A stretch of DNA of 64,000 bases from an uncultured Methanosarcinaceae archaeon (GCA_963727895.1 CAVSHT010000005.1:384001-448000); one strand, 5' to 3'. Shown: positions 1-8,853, counted from the stretch's first letter. Translations and numbers: made by a program. Notes: a model not told the origin generated them from the letters alone.

Positions 1-114
1 AATTTTAAGCCTCTAGAAGCATCGGTATATTTGGGTGGAACAATTAATCCACCCAATATCCTTAAACATCGCCTAGAGGTTGTATGTATCTTAAGGGGTC
101 TAGCGTTACTTGGG

Positions 115-495
115 TTATATTCTTGGTTTTATTCTTTGTATCGCAATGGTTCGATCATCAGAAACAGCGATGTCTAAATACCACAGCCAATTAACTGCCT
201 GACCAGTGCTAAAATTGTTATCATGAAAAATGTTTTCAAAAATTTTTTTCACGCCAAAATGTTGCTTACTATATTCTTTTCGCCACAATTCTGATTCATT
301 TGATTCTTCAGTTGGATATATGGCATATATCCCGCGATAGTTTTTTGAGCGGTGTCCCTCTTTCTCAGCGCCATCAGCACCAAGAGCGTTCATAGCCTTA
401 ATGACATCATATCTACTTACCCATATAGGCTCGTGTGTTTTCGTGCTTATGAGTATCTTTTTTACTCCATTCTCATACTTTTCTTTTATTCTCAT
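115..495 (-). CDS. Hypothetical protein, 126 aa
   Basis: ATG ORF with upstream GGGG RBS-like and TATA-like sequence; 9-bp stem TTGGGTGGA/TCCACCCAA downstream at about 21-55. Confidence 0.6.
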   Translation of the reverse strand: MRIKEKYENGVKKILISTKTHEPIWVSRYDVIKAMNALGADGAEKEGHRSKNYRGIYAIYPTEESNESELWRKEYSKQHFGVKKIFENIFHDNNFSTGQAVNWLWYLDIAVSDDRTIAIQRIKPRI

Positions 496-1093
496 TTTGT
501 GTGCCCCATTTAATAGATATGGGACTAAAACAGTATAAAGTTTATTTAAAATTAGAAAGAAATATATTAAAATAAAAATCAGATCAATAATTTTCTAGAT
601 CCATTGTCCAAATAGGGATATAAGTCAAGAATAGACATAAGAATTATTAGCCGCCGTTGAGGTAATAATATGACAATAGTAAATGGTAGCAAGATTTACC
701 GGTGGCGAACGAATGACAATATATAAAAGCAGTTCAAACTTTATGTATTTTTTTAAGTCGATATGGGTAACTGGCGAGCCGCTGAGGAGTATTATTATTT
801 CGGCCCGCCTATTGGGAAATGTTTCTTTATTTCACTTTTTTACAATTCCATATTATACAACTGAACCTATATAAATTTTTATACCGTTAAATGCGATAGC
901 GTGTGGCACCATAATATCCCTGTGAACTCTTCTTTTTTGTAGGCTTCTGTTGAGAAAGAAAATTTTAATTATTTTAATAATGTAAATCAATTTAAAACAT
1001 TTTGCTGATGCCGATTATTTAATAGTATATATACCGTACCGTAAAATAATTTATATATGTTGATGTCGTAATGATTACATTGGGAGTGGCAAT

Positions 1094-1291
1094 ATGAAAG
1101 GTCGTAAAAGAGTAACGATGAGATATGCACCTGACAGTCCTTGTATCAAAACAAGTCTAGTAATAACTCCAGAAGCACTTGAGATTCTTGATATTGAAAG
1201 AGGAAAAACATCAAGAAGTGAATTCATAGAGTCACTTATCATGGGAATATTCGTTGAACAATGTGAACTTGAAGGAATAAAAGTCGAATAA
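1094..1291 (+). CDS. Ribbon-helix-helix (CopG-like) DNA-binding protein
   Basis: 65 aa; KTSLVITPEALEILDIERGKTSRSEFIESLI fits the RHH pattern; GGGAGTG RBS; TTTATATA box upstream. Confidence 0.7.
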   Translation: MKGRKRVTMRYAPDSPCIKTSLVITPEALEILDIERGKTSRSEFIESLIMGIFVEQCELEGIKVE

Positions 1292-1435
1292 AAAATTATG
1301 GTGAAGAACACGTGACAGGGCCGTAAAACCTGTCACGATAGAACTAAGATAAACAATAAGTAATAGGGTTTCCTATTATAAATATCTTTTTCTGCCGTAA
1401 GTCGCGTGTTTTCACCTAAATAGAAGGTGAAGAAC

Positions 1436-1615
1436 ATGATAGACGAAGTTGTCAACAAATTAGAAAGAAAAGCGGTTCAAGAAATAATTGAGCCAACAAA
1501 AAGTAAAAAGTTCAAATTCCCGTCATTTGATCAAATTGCTAACGATATCATCGAGATCTACCGGAGAAACCCTTGGATCTTTAGTCCAAGGGAGGAACCG
1601 GCACTAAATACATAG
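1436..1615 (+). CDS. Small hypothetical protein, 59 aa
   Basis: AGGTGA RBS at 1425-1430 before ATG 1436. Confidence 0.55.
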   Translation: MIDEVVNKLERKAVQEIIEPTKSKKFKFPSFDQIANDIIEIYRRNPWIFSPREEPALNT

Positions 1616-1676
1616 TTTTGATTTATTATATACATCGAACCGAGTACCTAATTGGATTGAAAATAATGTATATAGT

Positions 1677-2704
1677 ATGCAAGTAACCGTAAAATCGAAA
1701 TTGGTTGTAACAGAAGAACAAAAACAAAAATTCTTACAGACCATGATAAGATTTAACGATGCTTGCAATTATGTTTCGCAAATTGCTTTTGAAAGCAAGA
1801 CATATAACAAATTCAAACTCCAAAAACTTGTGTATTATGATATACGAGAAAGATTTGAGCTGTCAGCTGATTTTTCACTGCTTCAGATTTATCAAAAACT
1901 AATCAGCTATCGATTCTAACACTTAATGGTAGAATCAAAGTTGGTATACAGTACAGTGATTACAGACAAATTGATACTAAAACGATGTTCTATAATCAAG
2001 CTGATCTGTTATATAAGAAAGGCGATTTCTATTTGATGTTAACAATAGATATGCCTGAACCAGAACCAATAGAGACAACTGGATTTCTAGGTGTTGATTT
2101 GGGGATTGTCAATTTAGCGACGACTTCAGATGGTAAAACATATTCTGGTGAGAAATGTACTGAAGTTCGAAAAAGATATGCTAAATTGAAAGCAGCTTTG
2201 CAATCAAAGGGAACATATTCTGCCAAGAAGCATTTGAAGAAAATGAGTGGTAGAGAACGTCACTTTAAGCAAAATACTAATCATTATATTTCTAAAGATA
2301 TCGTTGAGATAGCTAAAGACACAAATCGCTCTATTGTATTAGAAGAGTTAGTAGGCATTAGAGCGAGGACAACAGCTTCTAGAAAGCTTAACGATATTCT
2401 AGGTAAATGGGCATTTGGAGAATTAAGAAGCTATATCGAATATAAGGCTAAAGAAGTTGGAGTACCTATTGTAATAGTAGATCCACGTTACACATCACAA
2501 CAATGTTCAGTTTGTGGACATACTGAAAAAGATAATAGAAAGCATCAAGCCCATTTTGAATGTAAACATTGTGGGCATACTGAAAATGCTGATATTAATG
2601 CGGCAAAAAATATAGTTTCTAGGGCAGCCATCAACCTGCCTATTGTGTTCTACCTGTCTCAGGAATTTGAAACGCAAGCCATTGGGTCTTTAGCCCAATG
2701 GTAG
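1677..2704 (+). pseudogene. tnpB: IS200/IS605-family TnpB, split by an internal deletion/frameshift; no tnpA
   Basis: N-part has FNDACNY..LQKLVYYDIRERFELS; C-part has GVDLG, VLEEL, PRYTSQQCSVCG..CKHCG, NADINAAKNI; the parts are in different frames. Confidence 0.93.
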
Positions 2705-2708
2705 TTGA
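2679..2708 (+). other. IS200/IS605 right-end hairpin (3' end of omega/reRNA scaffold)
   Basis: CCATTGGG-tctttag-CCCAATGG stem at the tnpB stop, followed by TAGTTGA. Confidence 0.7.
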
Positions 2709-2812
2709 AAAAAGTGCCAAAAAGGTGCCAAAGAGCCCCATTCCTAAACTTTTTGAGGAATTTGAGCTAAATATCCTCGATAATATATTTTTCTCTTTTC
2801 GTGCAAACTATT

Positions 2813-2890
2813 CGAGACTTTAAATACTACGCCTCCTATTTTTATATACAGACAAAATATATTATTATTTAAATACTAATATAAAAATCA
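2813..2890 (+). promoter_or_regulatory. Repeated BRE/TATA + AT-rich leader motif, copy 1
   Basis: CGAG..TTTAAATA..TTTATATACAGACAAAATATATTATTATTTAAATACTAATATAAAAATCA. Confidence 0.75.
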
Positions 2891-2908
2891 AGAAGAGGAA
2901 GCACGAAA

Positions 2909-3031
2909 ATGAAAACATATCGGGCAAAATGTATGGGTAAAAACTGTAGAATGGACTCAATGATGAAAGCATCAGCTAAAAGGCACTGCTTTCACCTAAA
3001 GAGGCGGTATAATGGTCGTAAGGCAGACTAA
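2909..3031 (+). CDS. Small basic Cys-containing protein, 40 aa (MKTYRAKCMGKNCRM...)
   Basis: Hand translation; GAGGA RBS; directly after promoter copy 1; below the ORF-track cutoff. Confidence 0.55.
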   Translation: MKTYRAKCMGKNCRMDSMMKASAKRHCFHLKRRYNGRKAD

Positions 3032-3131
3032 ACGACTTCGCAAATATATCCCAGAAAAATCAAGGTATGTAAAATCAGCTAATGGGATAATGAGTCAAGC
3101 ATTCAAGCTGATAAAAGCAATGAGGCGGTGA
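3012..3131 (+). CDS. Small basic protein, 39 aa (MVVRQTKRLRKYIPEK...)
   Basis: Hand translation; GAGGCGGT RBS at 3001; overlaps the previous ORF; its end carries the same RBS for the next gene. Confidence 0.6.
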   Translation: MVVRQTKRLRKYIPEKSRYVKSANGIMSQAFKLIKAMRR

Positions 3132-3135
3132 TATT

Positions 3136-3447
3136 GTGGCAACGAAGTTCATCATGGGATATCCTGTAGATGTTAATGATGATCCAGAGGACGAATCTCT
3201 AATTCACAAAGTCAAGCAGTTCAAGCCTAGCAATATGATGGGTCACACCTTCACTAAGCCACCCACTAGACTGAATTTGATAGAAACCAGCGGCTTACCA
3301 AAGTCAAAAAACTTGAGTCAACGACGCGGGGATATATTAACGCAGTATGAGCCTCGTAGAAGGAGAAAGAAAGCTATTCCGGAGTTTGAATCGCAGTTTA
3401 TAGGGGATCAAAATCCCTATGGTGACGATATGGTACAATGGCGGTGA
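3136..3447 (+). CDS. Hypothetical protein with basic RRRRKK patch, 103 aa
   Basis: GAGGCGGTGA RBS before GTG; tightly packed with neighbours. Confidence 0.7.
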   Translation: MATKFIMGYPVDVNDDPEDESLIHKVKQFKPSNMMGHTFTKPPTRLNLIETSGLPKSKNLSQRRGDILTQYEPRRRRKKAIPEFESQFIGDQNPYGDDMVQWR

Positions 3448-3452
3448 ATTAA

Positions 3453-3743
3453 ATGATTGAAGGAATTAAAGTCCTTATAATGCGAATTATTGTATCATTA
3501 TGCATTGTCATTGGTGCCATGCCGCTATACAGGTTTATTTACGCATTTGCAGTAGGAACAAATCCAAGCTATTGCCTAGAAGCGATGTACACCGTTAATT
3601 CGAGCGTAAACATGATTTATCCTATTGCAATGATCGGAATTGCAATCGCGGTATTTCACATTTACTACCGCTGTGTTAGAAAGAGAGTTTATGAAAGCAC
3701 ATATTCGGAGACAGGATATTATGACCCCTACACGCGAACGTAA
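3453..3743 (+). CDS. Small two-TM hairpin membrane protein
   Basis: Two hydrophobic segments, NSS sequon in the loop, basic residues after TM2; GCGGTGA RBS. Confidence 0.75.
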   Translation: MIEGIKVLIMRIIVSLCIVIGAMPLYRFIYAFAVGTNPSYCLEAMYTVNSSVNMIYPIAMIGIAIAVFHIYYRCVRKRVYESTYSETGYYDPYTRT

Positions 3744-4035
3744 GCTTCTAAAGCGGCTAAATGATTATATCCATGAGTCTGAGCCTGCGTTGGTAGTCTG
3801 CTGGTTCGACATAGTAAAAACTTTGATATTCGTAGCCGCGATTTGGGTTTGTCTGTCCCCATTGCTTGATGCTTTTTATCTCTACGTGAATGCAAATTCA
3901 TCGGGCTTTTACGCAAATACAGACATTGAGTTCACTTCTAGTGTATACAATTTTTGGCGGTACATACCGATCATAACAGTTGGTTTTGTACTTTTCTATG
4001 CAATCAACTACTCGAACTGGAAGAGGAACGAGTAA
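3721..4035 (+). CDS. Small two-TM hairpin membrane protein
   Basis: ATG 3721 in frame with ORF 3640-4035; two TMs, NSS sequon, W..IPII motif. Confidence 0.75.
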   Translation: MTPTRERKLLKRLNDYIHESEPALVVCWFDIVKTLIFVAAIWVCLSPLLDAFYLYVNANSSGFYANTDIEFTSSVYNFWRYIPIITVGFVLFYAINYSNWKRNE

Positions 4036-4123
4036 TTTTCTTTCTTTTTTGCTGCTCACTATATCGAAAACACCAAAAAATATATGTGGCCGGCACTGTA
4101 TTAATTAATTGAGGTGATAGAAG

Positions 4124-4288
4124 ATGAGTGATGTTATACAGTGGTTTATAGGTGTTGGAACAAATATGCTTTGGATGATGGCAATCGTTTTTATAATGTT
4201 TACTGTCATGCTGATTATTTGTCATTTCTTACCAGAGCGACCAGCGGAGCCAGAACAAGCTGATGAGCAGCCAGAAGCCATAAACTAA
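4124..4288 (+). CDS. Single-TM small protein with acidic Pro/Glu tail, 54 aa
   Basis: Hand translation MSDVIQWFIG...PERPAEPEQADEQPEAIN; GAGGTGA RBS; T-rich terminator after. Confidence 0.7.
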   Translation: MSDVIQWFIGVGTNMLWMMAIVFIMFTVMLIICHFLPERPAEPEQADEQPEAIN

Positions 4289-4343
4289 TTCTCTTCTTTT
4301 CTTCTTTTTCTTTTTTTGCGTCTTCTTCTACCGATTACTAATT

Positions 4344-4423
4344 CGAGGGTATATATATTCGGCACCGAATTATTATATACAGACGAAATATAATATTATT
4401 TACATATTAATATAAAAAAATCA
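4344..4423 (+). promoter_or_regulatory. Repeated promoter/leader motif, copy 2
   Basis: CGAG..TATATATA..TTATATACAGACGAAATATAATATTATTTACATATTAATATAAAAAAATCA. Confidence 0.75.
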
Positions 4424-4440
4424 GTAAGAGGAGACTTAAA

Positions 4441-4554
4441 ATGAGTAAAATTGTAATCGGGATGACAGCCGACGTGGCTGAGACACTTGGCAATATAATC
4501 AATAGCGGGGTAAATTCAAGCTCGAACAACATGACGATGCATTCATCATTTTGA
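4441..4554 (+). CDS. Short ORF, 37 aa, possibly a truncated gene
   Basis: GAGGAG RBS and ATG right after promoter copy 2. Confidence 0.35.
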   Translation: MSKIVIGMTADVAETLGNIINSGVNSSSNNMTMHSSF

Positions 4555-4649
4555 ATGGTGCAAAAATCTATCGAAAGTATTCATCAATAACGTGGGCTGC
4601 GAAGAAGTATGATCGGCTCACTTCAATTTTTACAAAGGAGTGAGGGCAA

Positions 4650-6217
4650 ATGCATAAAAATATCCCAAGAATAATATTATTCACTTTACTATTTAGCTTG
4701 TTCACTGGTGCAGCTGGTGCATTGATAGCTATTCATTTGAAATATACGGATCTGGTAATTCTTCAGTTCGCGGTACAATCTATCAAACAATGAATTTTAC
4801 CAATGGTAGCTATTATACTATTGGTGCTTGGATGAAAACATCACCTGGTGCAGTAGGATTTTTAAAGGTGAATATCTTTAATAGCACTGGGAGTTATGAT
4901 TCCGCAGCAGCTGCGATGGGAACAGCTACAACAACGTGGACGTGGGTTTCGACTCGAGTCTTGGTCACAGTTCCACAAGCGCATGTTCGTATATTTCTAG
5001 CACTATATCAGACACAAAGAATGTATATTGTCACAGTTCCACAAGCGCATGTTCGTATATACGCAGATGCTACACCAAATGGTAACTTCTATGTAGATGG
5101 TATCATTGTATCACCTGATTCTTCATATTCAGCGAATGAATCAAATGATTCAACACACCTCTATCAGTCGTTTATATATACGCCTGCTACGGTCTATTCG
5201 AGTTCAGTATTTGCAACCAGTTTCGCGACTGAAACCCCTTCTAAGTATTCAAATAATGTTGCAACAGCAAAAATTGATGGTGCAACTGTTTCAGCTTGGA
5301 TTGCAAATAATCTAATATATGTCGATACCTCAGGTTTAACAGCCGGTGCACATACAATTCAGGTAACTGTAACACACGATGCACTTGTGTATGTAACTGC
5401 GGCTTTCAGCGCAAATACAACAAGTGGTCAGATACCACTCACTGTTGCTTTTACTGATACATCTACTGGCTCACCAACAAGCTGGGCTTGGAATTTCGGC
5501 GATGGCAGTACATCTACATCTCAAAATCCAACACACACATATAGCACATCTGGCACATATTCAGTCAGTTTGACTGCAACAAGTGCAAATGGTGCAGATA
5601 CCGAGACTAAAAATGCATATATCACAACGTCATCGACAATACCCACCGCAGCATTTTCGGGCTCGCCAATAATGGGTACTGCACCATTAACAGTGCAATT
5701 TACTGATAAAAGTGCTGGTGCGTCACCAATAACATATTTGTGGAATTTTGGTGACGGTAATACATCGACATATCAAAATCCATCACACATATATATCGCA
5801 AATGGCAACTACACGGTGAATTTGACTATCACAAATTCATACGGCACCAATAGTACATCTAAAACAGCATATATCGTCGTAGGCACATCTGACGCTGCAA
5901 ATAATACATTCAGAAACTATAGCCAATATAAAGATGTATTATTTCAGTCAAACATGTCAGCGTGGGACTTTGTGAAAAATACAAAGAATTTCTACGTAAG
6001 TTTCATGCCTGAATGGTTCTTCTGGCTGATCATATTGATCATCCCATATATTGGAATGTATAATAGACAGGGTGGTATTGAACTTGTTGCAGTGCTATAC
6101 TTGTTTACTGGTGGAATTGTTGCCCTTGTAATGCCAACTGTCATAGCACCCTTTGCAAAATGGTTCCTGATCTTGGGTGCCGGTGGCGTAATATATAAGA
6201 TGTTTGTTCCCGATTAA
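4650..6217 (+). pseudogene. Surface/adhesin protein: signal peptide, CBM-like beta-sandwich, two PKD domains, C-terminal 3-TM anchor; frame broken after the signal peptide
   Basis: ATG 4650 gives MHKNIPRIILFTLLFSLFTGAAGA out of frame with ORF 4790-6217; two WNFGDG PKD motifs; hydrophobic C-terminus. Confidence 0.8.
4964..5060 (+). repeat. Exact 31-bp direct repeat enclosing a unique 35-bp insert (66 bp net, frame preserved)
   Basis: GTCACAGTTCCACAAGCGCATGTTCGTATAT at 4964-4994 and 5030-5060; VTVPQAHVRI occurs twice in the protein. Confidence 0.95.
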
Positions 6218-6255
6218 GGCTATTACGCTTCCTCTTCTTCGTTTTCATCGACTTC

Positions 6256-6331
6256 CGAGGCTTTTTATACTTTGTAACCTTTTTATAAACATAAAATATA
6301 TATTAATATTTAAATATAAATATATAAATCA
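6256..6331 (+). promoter_or_regulatory. Repeated promoter/leader motif, copy 3
   Basis: CGAG..TTTTTATA..TTTATAAACATAAAATATATATTAATATTTAAATATAAATATATAAATCA. Confidence 0.75.
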
Positions 6332-6343
6332 GTGGTGAGAAGC

Positions 6344-6577
6344 ATGAACTCCTCTCATGACATGTTTAGCTTTGCCTTCGTGGCAATAATGATATTGGGC
6401 GGCATAGCAATGCTGTCTAGCGTTGTCTATATTGGTGGGCTGACTAATGCAACAGCTCCATTACATAGCACATTTACAACGATGACAGGGCTAATGAACA
6501 GCGGGATTGGGCTGGCAGCTATTGGTGTTATAGCATTGGGCGCTGGTATAGTGTTAAGAGTGTTCGATTATATTTGA
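6344..6577 (+). CDS. Small two-helix hydrophobic protein, candidate spindle-virus-type major capsid protein
   Basis: 77 aa; two Gly/Ala-rich hydrophobic helices linked by a loop with NAT sequon; first gene after promoter copy 3. CDS is solid, product is tentative. Confidence 0.55.
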   Translation: MNSSHDMFSFAFVAIMILGGIAMLSSVVYIGGLTNATAPLHSTFTTMTGLMNSGIGLAAIGVIALGAGIVLRVFDYI

Positions 6578-6588
6578 GGGATATTATA

Positions 6589-6909
6589 ATGGTGCTACCT
6601 ATAAATGCTTGGCTAATGATCGTGATAATAGCGATTGCTTGTTCAGCGATTTCAATTTTTATAAAAGACTGGCAAAATTATATAGACGCCATTTGTGGTG
6701 TGCTTGCAGCAATATTATGGCTTATTTCAGGGCTTGCTTGGCTGTCAGGTATTGCTACAGACAATGCAACTTATATAGCGCCTTATTTGTTTTGGGTGTT
6801 CTTAGCGATCGCAGTAATTCAGGCTATACTAGCAATTGTTAGAATTTTGGACATATTGACTGAGAGAAAGAAAGAACAGCACACGTCATTTGCACCTATT
6901 CATCTATAA
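6589..6909 (+). CDS. Small multi-pass (3 TM) membrane protein
   Basis: GAGGG RBS; three hydrophobic stretches; NAT sequon. Confidence 0.75.
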   Translation: MVLPINAWLMIVIIAIACSAISIFIKDWQNYIDAICGVLAAILWLISGLAWLSGIATDNATYIAPYLFWVFLAIAVIQAILAIVRILDILTERKKEQHTSFAPIHL

Positions 6910-7053
6910 GAAGGCAGTTTTAGTCCTCTATTATGTTATTTTTGGACTTCCTATTTTACCTAATACATTTACATCAGGCATAGACAATCGCTTAAAATAT
7001 CCCCTCTACGAAGGCTAGATAAGTCTGTATTTTGGCACTTTGAGTCGATTTTT

Positions 7054-7132
7054 CGAGGTTATTTATATCTTGAAGCGCTATTTCTATTTACAATAAAAAA
7101 TCTATTAATATTTACTAATTAATATATAAGTA
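7054..7132 (+). promoter_or_regulatory. Repeated promoter/leader motif, copy 4
   Basis: CGAG..TTTATAT..CTATTTCTATTTACAATAAAAAATCTATTAATATTTACTAATTAATATATAAGTA. Confidence 0.7.
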
Positions 7133-7160
7133 CACCACAAATTGAGGCTGTGAGCAAAAT

Positions 7161-7553
7161 ATGCCACGAGATGTGCTTAATATAAGCAAGTTAACTGATA
7201 AAGAACAGCAGATATTAAACAATGTACTCGAAGACAAATATGATCAAAAAGGATTAATGACGTACGGAGACTCAAATACTCGATGGTTCGAGAACAATAT
7301 ATGGCTTAACAAATTATATGTTTCATTAATAATTGTCATGATCAGCGCCGTGATTGATAGTATAATATCTCCGCATGCAATGAGTGATATTTATACACTG
7401 TTTGCTACTGGCTTTCCTGCAATTGATGATCACCTACGCGTTTTTGGAAATACAGGTTTAGCAATAGCGATTTTAATCGATATAATTACAGCATACATCA
7501 TAATATCGCTACTAGACGTATTTAAATTAGTCAAAAATCATTTTAGTAAGTAA
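7161..7553 (+). CDS. Membrane protein with soluble N-terminus and two TMs, 130 aa
   Basis: ORF track; hydrophobic segments in the C-terminal half. Confidence 0.75.
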   Translation: MPRDVLNISKLTDKEQQILNNVLEDKYDQKGLMTYGDSNTRWFENNIWLNKLYVSLIIVMISAVIDSIISPHAMSDIYTLFATGFPAIDDHLRVFGNTGLAIAILIDIITAYIIISLLDVFKLVKNHFSK

Positions 7554-7627
7554 TATATTAATACTCACTTTTTCTTTTCACATGTAGTTTACTTCTAACG
7601 GCAAATAGAGAAACCGTAATCGATATT

Positions 7628-7706
7628 CGAACCTTTTTATATATTGAATCCCTATTTCTATTTACAGAAAAAATATATTACTATTTATATACAATTATAA
7701 AAGTCA
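7628..7706 (+). promoter_or_regulatory. Repeated promoter/leader motif, copy 5
   Basis: CGAA..TTTATATA..CTATTTCTATTTACAGAAAAAATATATTACTATTTATATACAATTATAAAAGTCA. Confidence 0.7.
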
Positions 7707-7873
7707 AATATAACTGGCAGGTAGTATCGAATCGGAAAGGCTTAAACAACCTTCGTGGTAGCCACGTATACCTCGCAATTTTATCGCAGGCTGGATGGTT
7801 GGAATATTTAGAACTTCAGATACGATATCATCTCAAAAAGTCCACAACACATTGCAACAAATGAGGTGAAATT

Positions 7874-8395
7874 TTGGCCAGAGGGATCTACCACAAGACA
7901 AATGTTTTAAAGTTTAGGATTATGCACGCGGTATTCAATGCAGGTGAACCACTAACATGTAGAGAAATAGCATCCCGCCTTGATGTACCGCTTGTAAATG
8001 TAAGCGCCATAATGAATCATTATCAAAAGCAACCTGAGCATAAGTATTTTCGGTGACTAAAGCCAATAAAAGGCAAAGCATATCGATATAAACTCACAAA
8101 AAGCGGTGCGAAATACCTTGCAAAATATTGTTGGCGGCTGCATGAGGGCTTCAGTCTATCACTATATAAAGTAAAAAAGATGCCAAAGCGAGATAAAGTC
8201 ATAGCTGAGCGCAATGCTGAAGCTGAGTTGAGAGATGCTATATTTGAAAAAACAGGTGTTGAAATGCCTAGAAAGCCAAAACCAACAATAAAAGAACTAT
8301 TAAACTTTGATCCCGCTGAGTTAACCGATTACATGGGCATTACAAAAATGGGAGCGCTTGAAATGGGAATTACAGGATTCGACTTTGAGGTTTAA
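7874..8395 (+). pseudogene. Winged-helix DNA-binding protein with one in-frame TGA at 8054-8056
   Basis: ORFs 7874-8056 and 8180-8395 share a frame; PLTCREIASRLDVPLVNVSAIM HTH, then YFR*LKPIKGKAYRYKLTKSG wing; GAGGTGA RBS. Confidence 0.8.
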
Positions 8396-8682
8396 TTCTC
8401 ATTCTTTAACCTCATACCACAATCAAAATAAACGTATTGATTTGGGATATTTGATAGTTGAGCCAATTCCGACCTTTAATTTTTGTCTCAATTTTAAATA
8501 TTTACACTCCATGTAGCTGCCTCCACGAAAACTGCCTTATATTATATTCTTGAGCGGCTTTGAGCGGTCCGTTCGCTGAATCTCGAACCGGTAGGCATTT
8601 TTGGACTTTTTGTCGATTTTATTAGGCTAAACGTAATTAGCTGCTCTGTATTTGTAGACTTATTTCGGAATCACAGTAATTA

Positions 8683-8853
8683 TTAATGACACTCTAAACA
8701 CTGGTTAACATTTTGTATATCTATCTCAGTAGCCTCACCTCTAAGCTTTCTATAGATCCCACAATAACGCTTATCACAAGCTTTTTTACATGTATATGAA
8801 TTATTTCGATATGCAGAACATCTTAAAGCGTATTCGCATTTGATATCAAACAT
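8683..8853 (-). CDS. Small Cys-rich protein, 56 aa, putative metal-binding
   Basis: Hand translation MFDIKCEYALRCSAYRNNSYTCKKACDKRYCGIYRKL...CLECH; GGGG RBS-like upstream. Confidence 0.55.
   Translation of the reverse strand: MFDIKCEYALRCSAYRNNSYTCKKACDKRYCGIYRKLRGEATEIDIQNVNQCLECH

Noticed and set aside
683..874. 63-aa ORF
   Set aside because: No convincing RBS or protein pattern; the region looks intergenic, with a GC hairpin at about 773-809.
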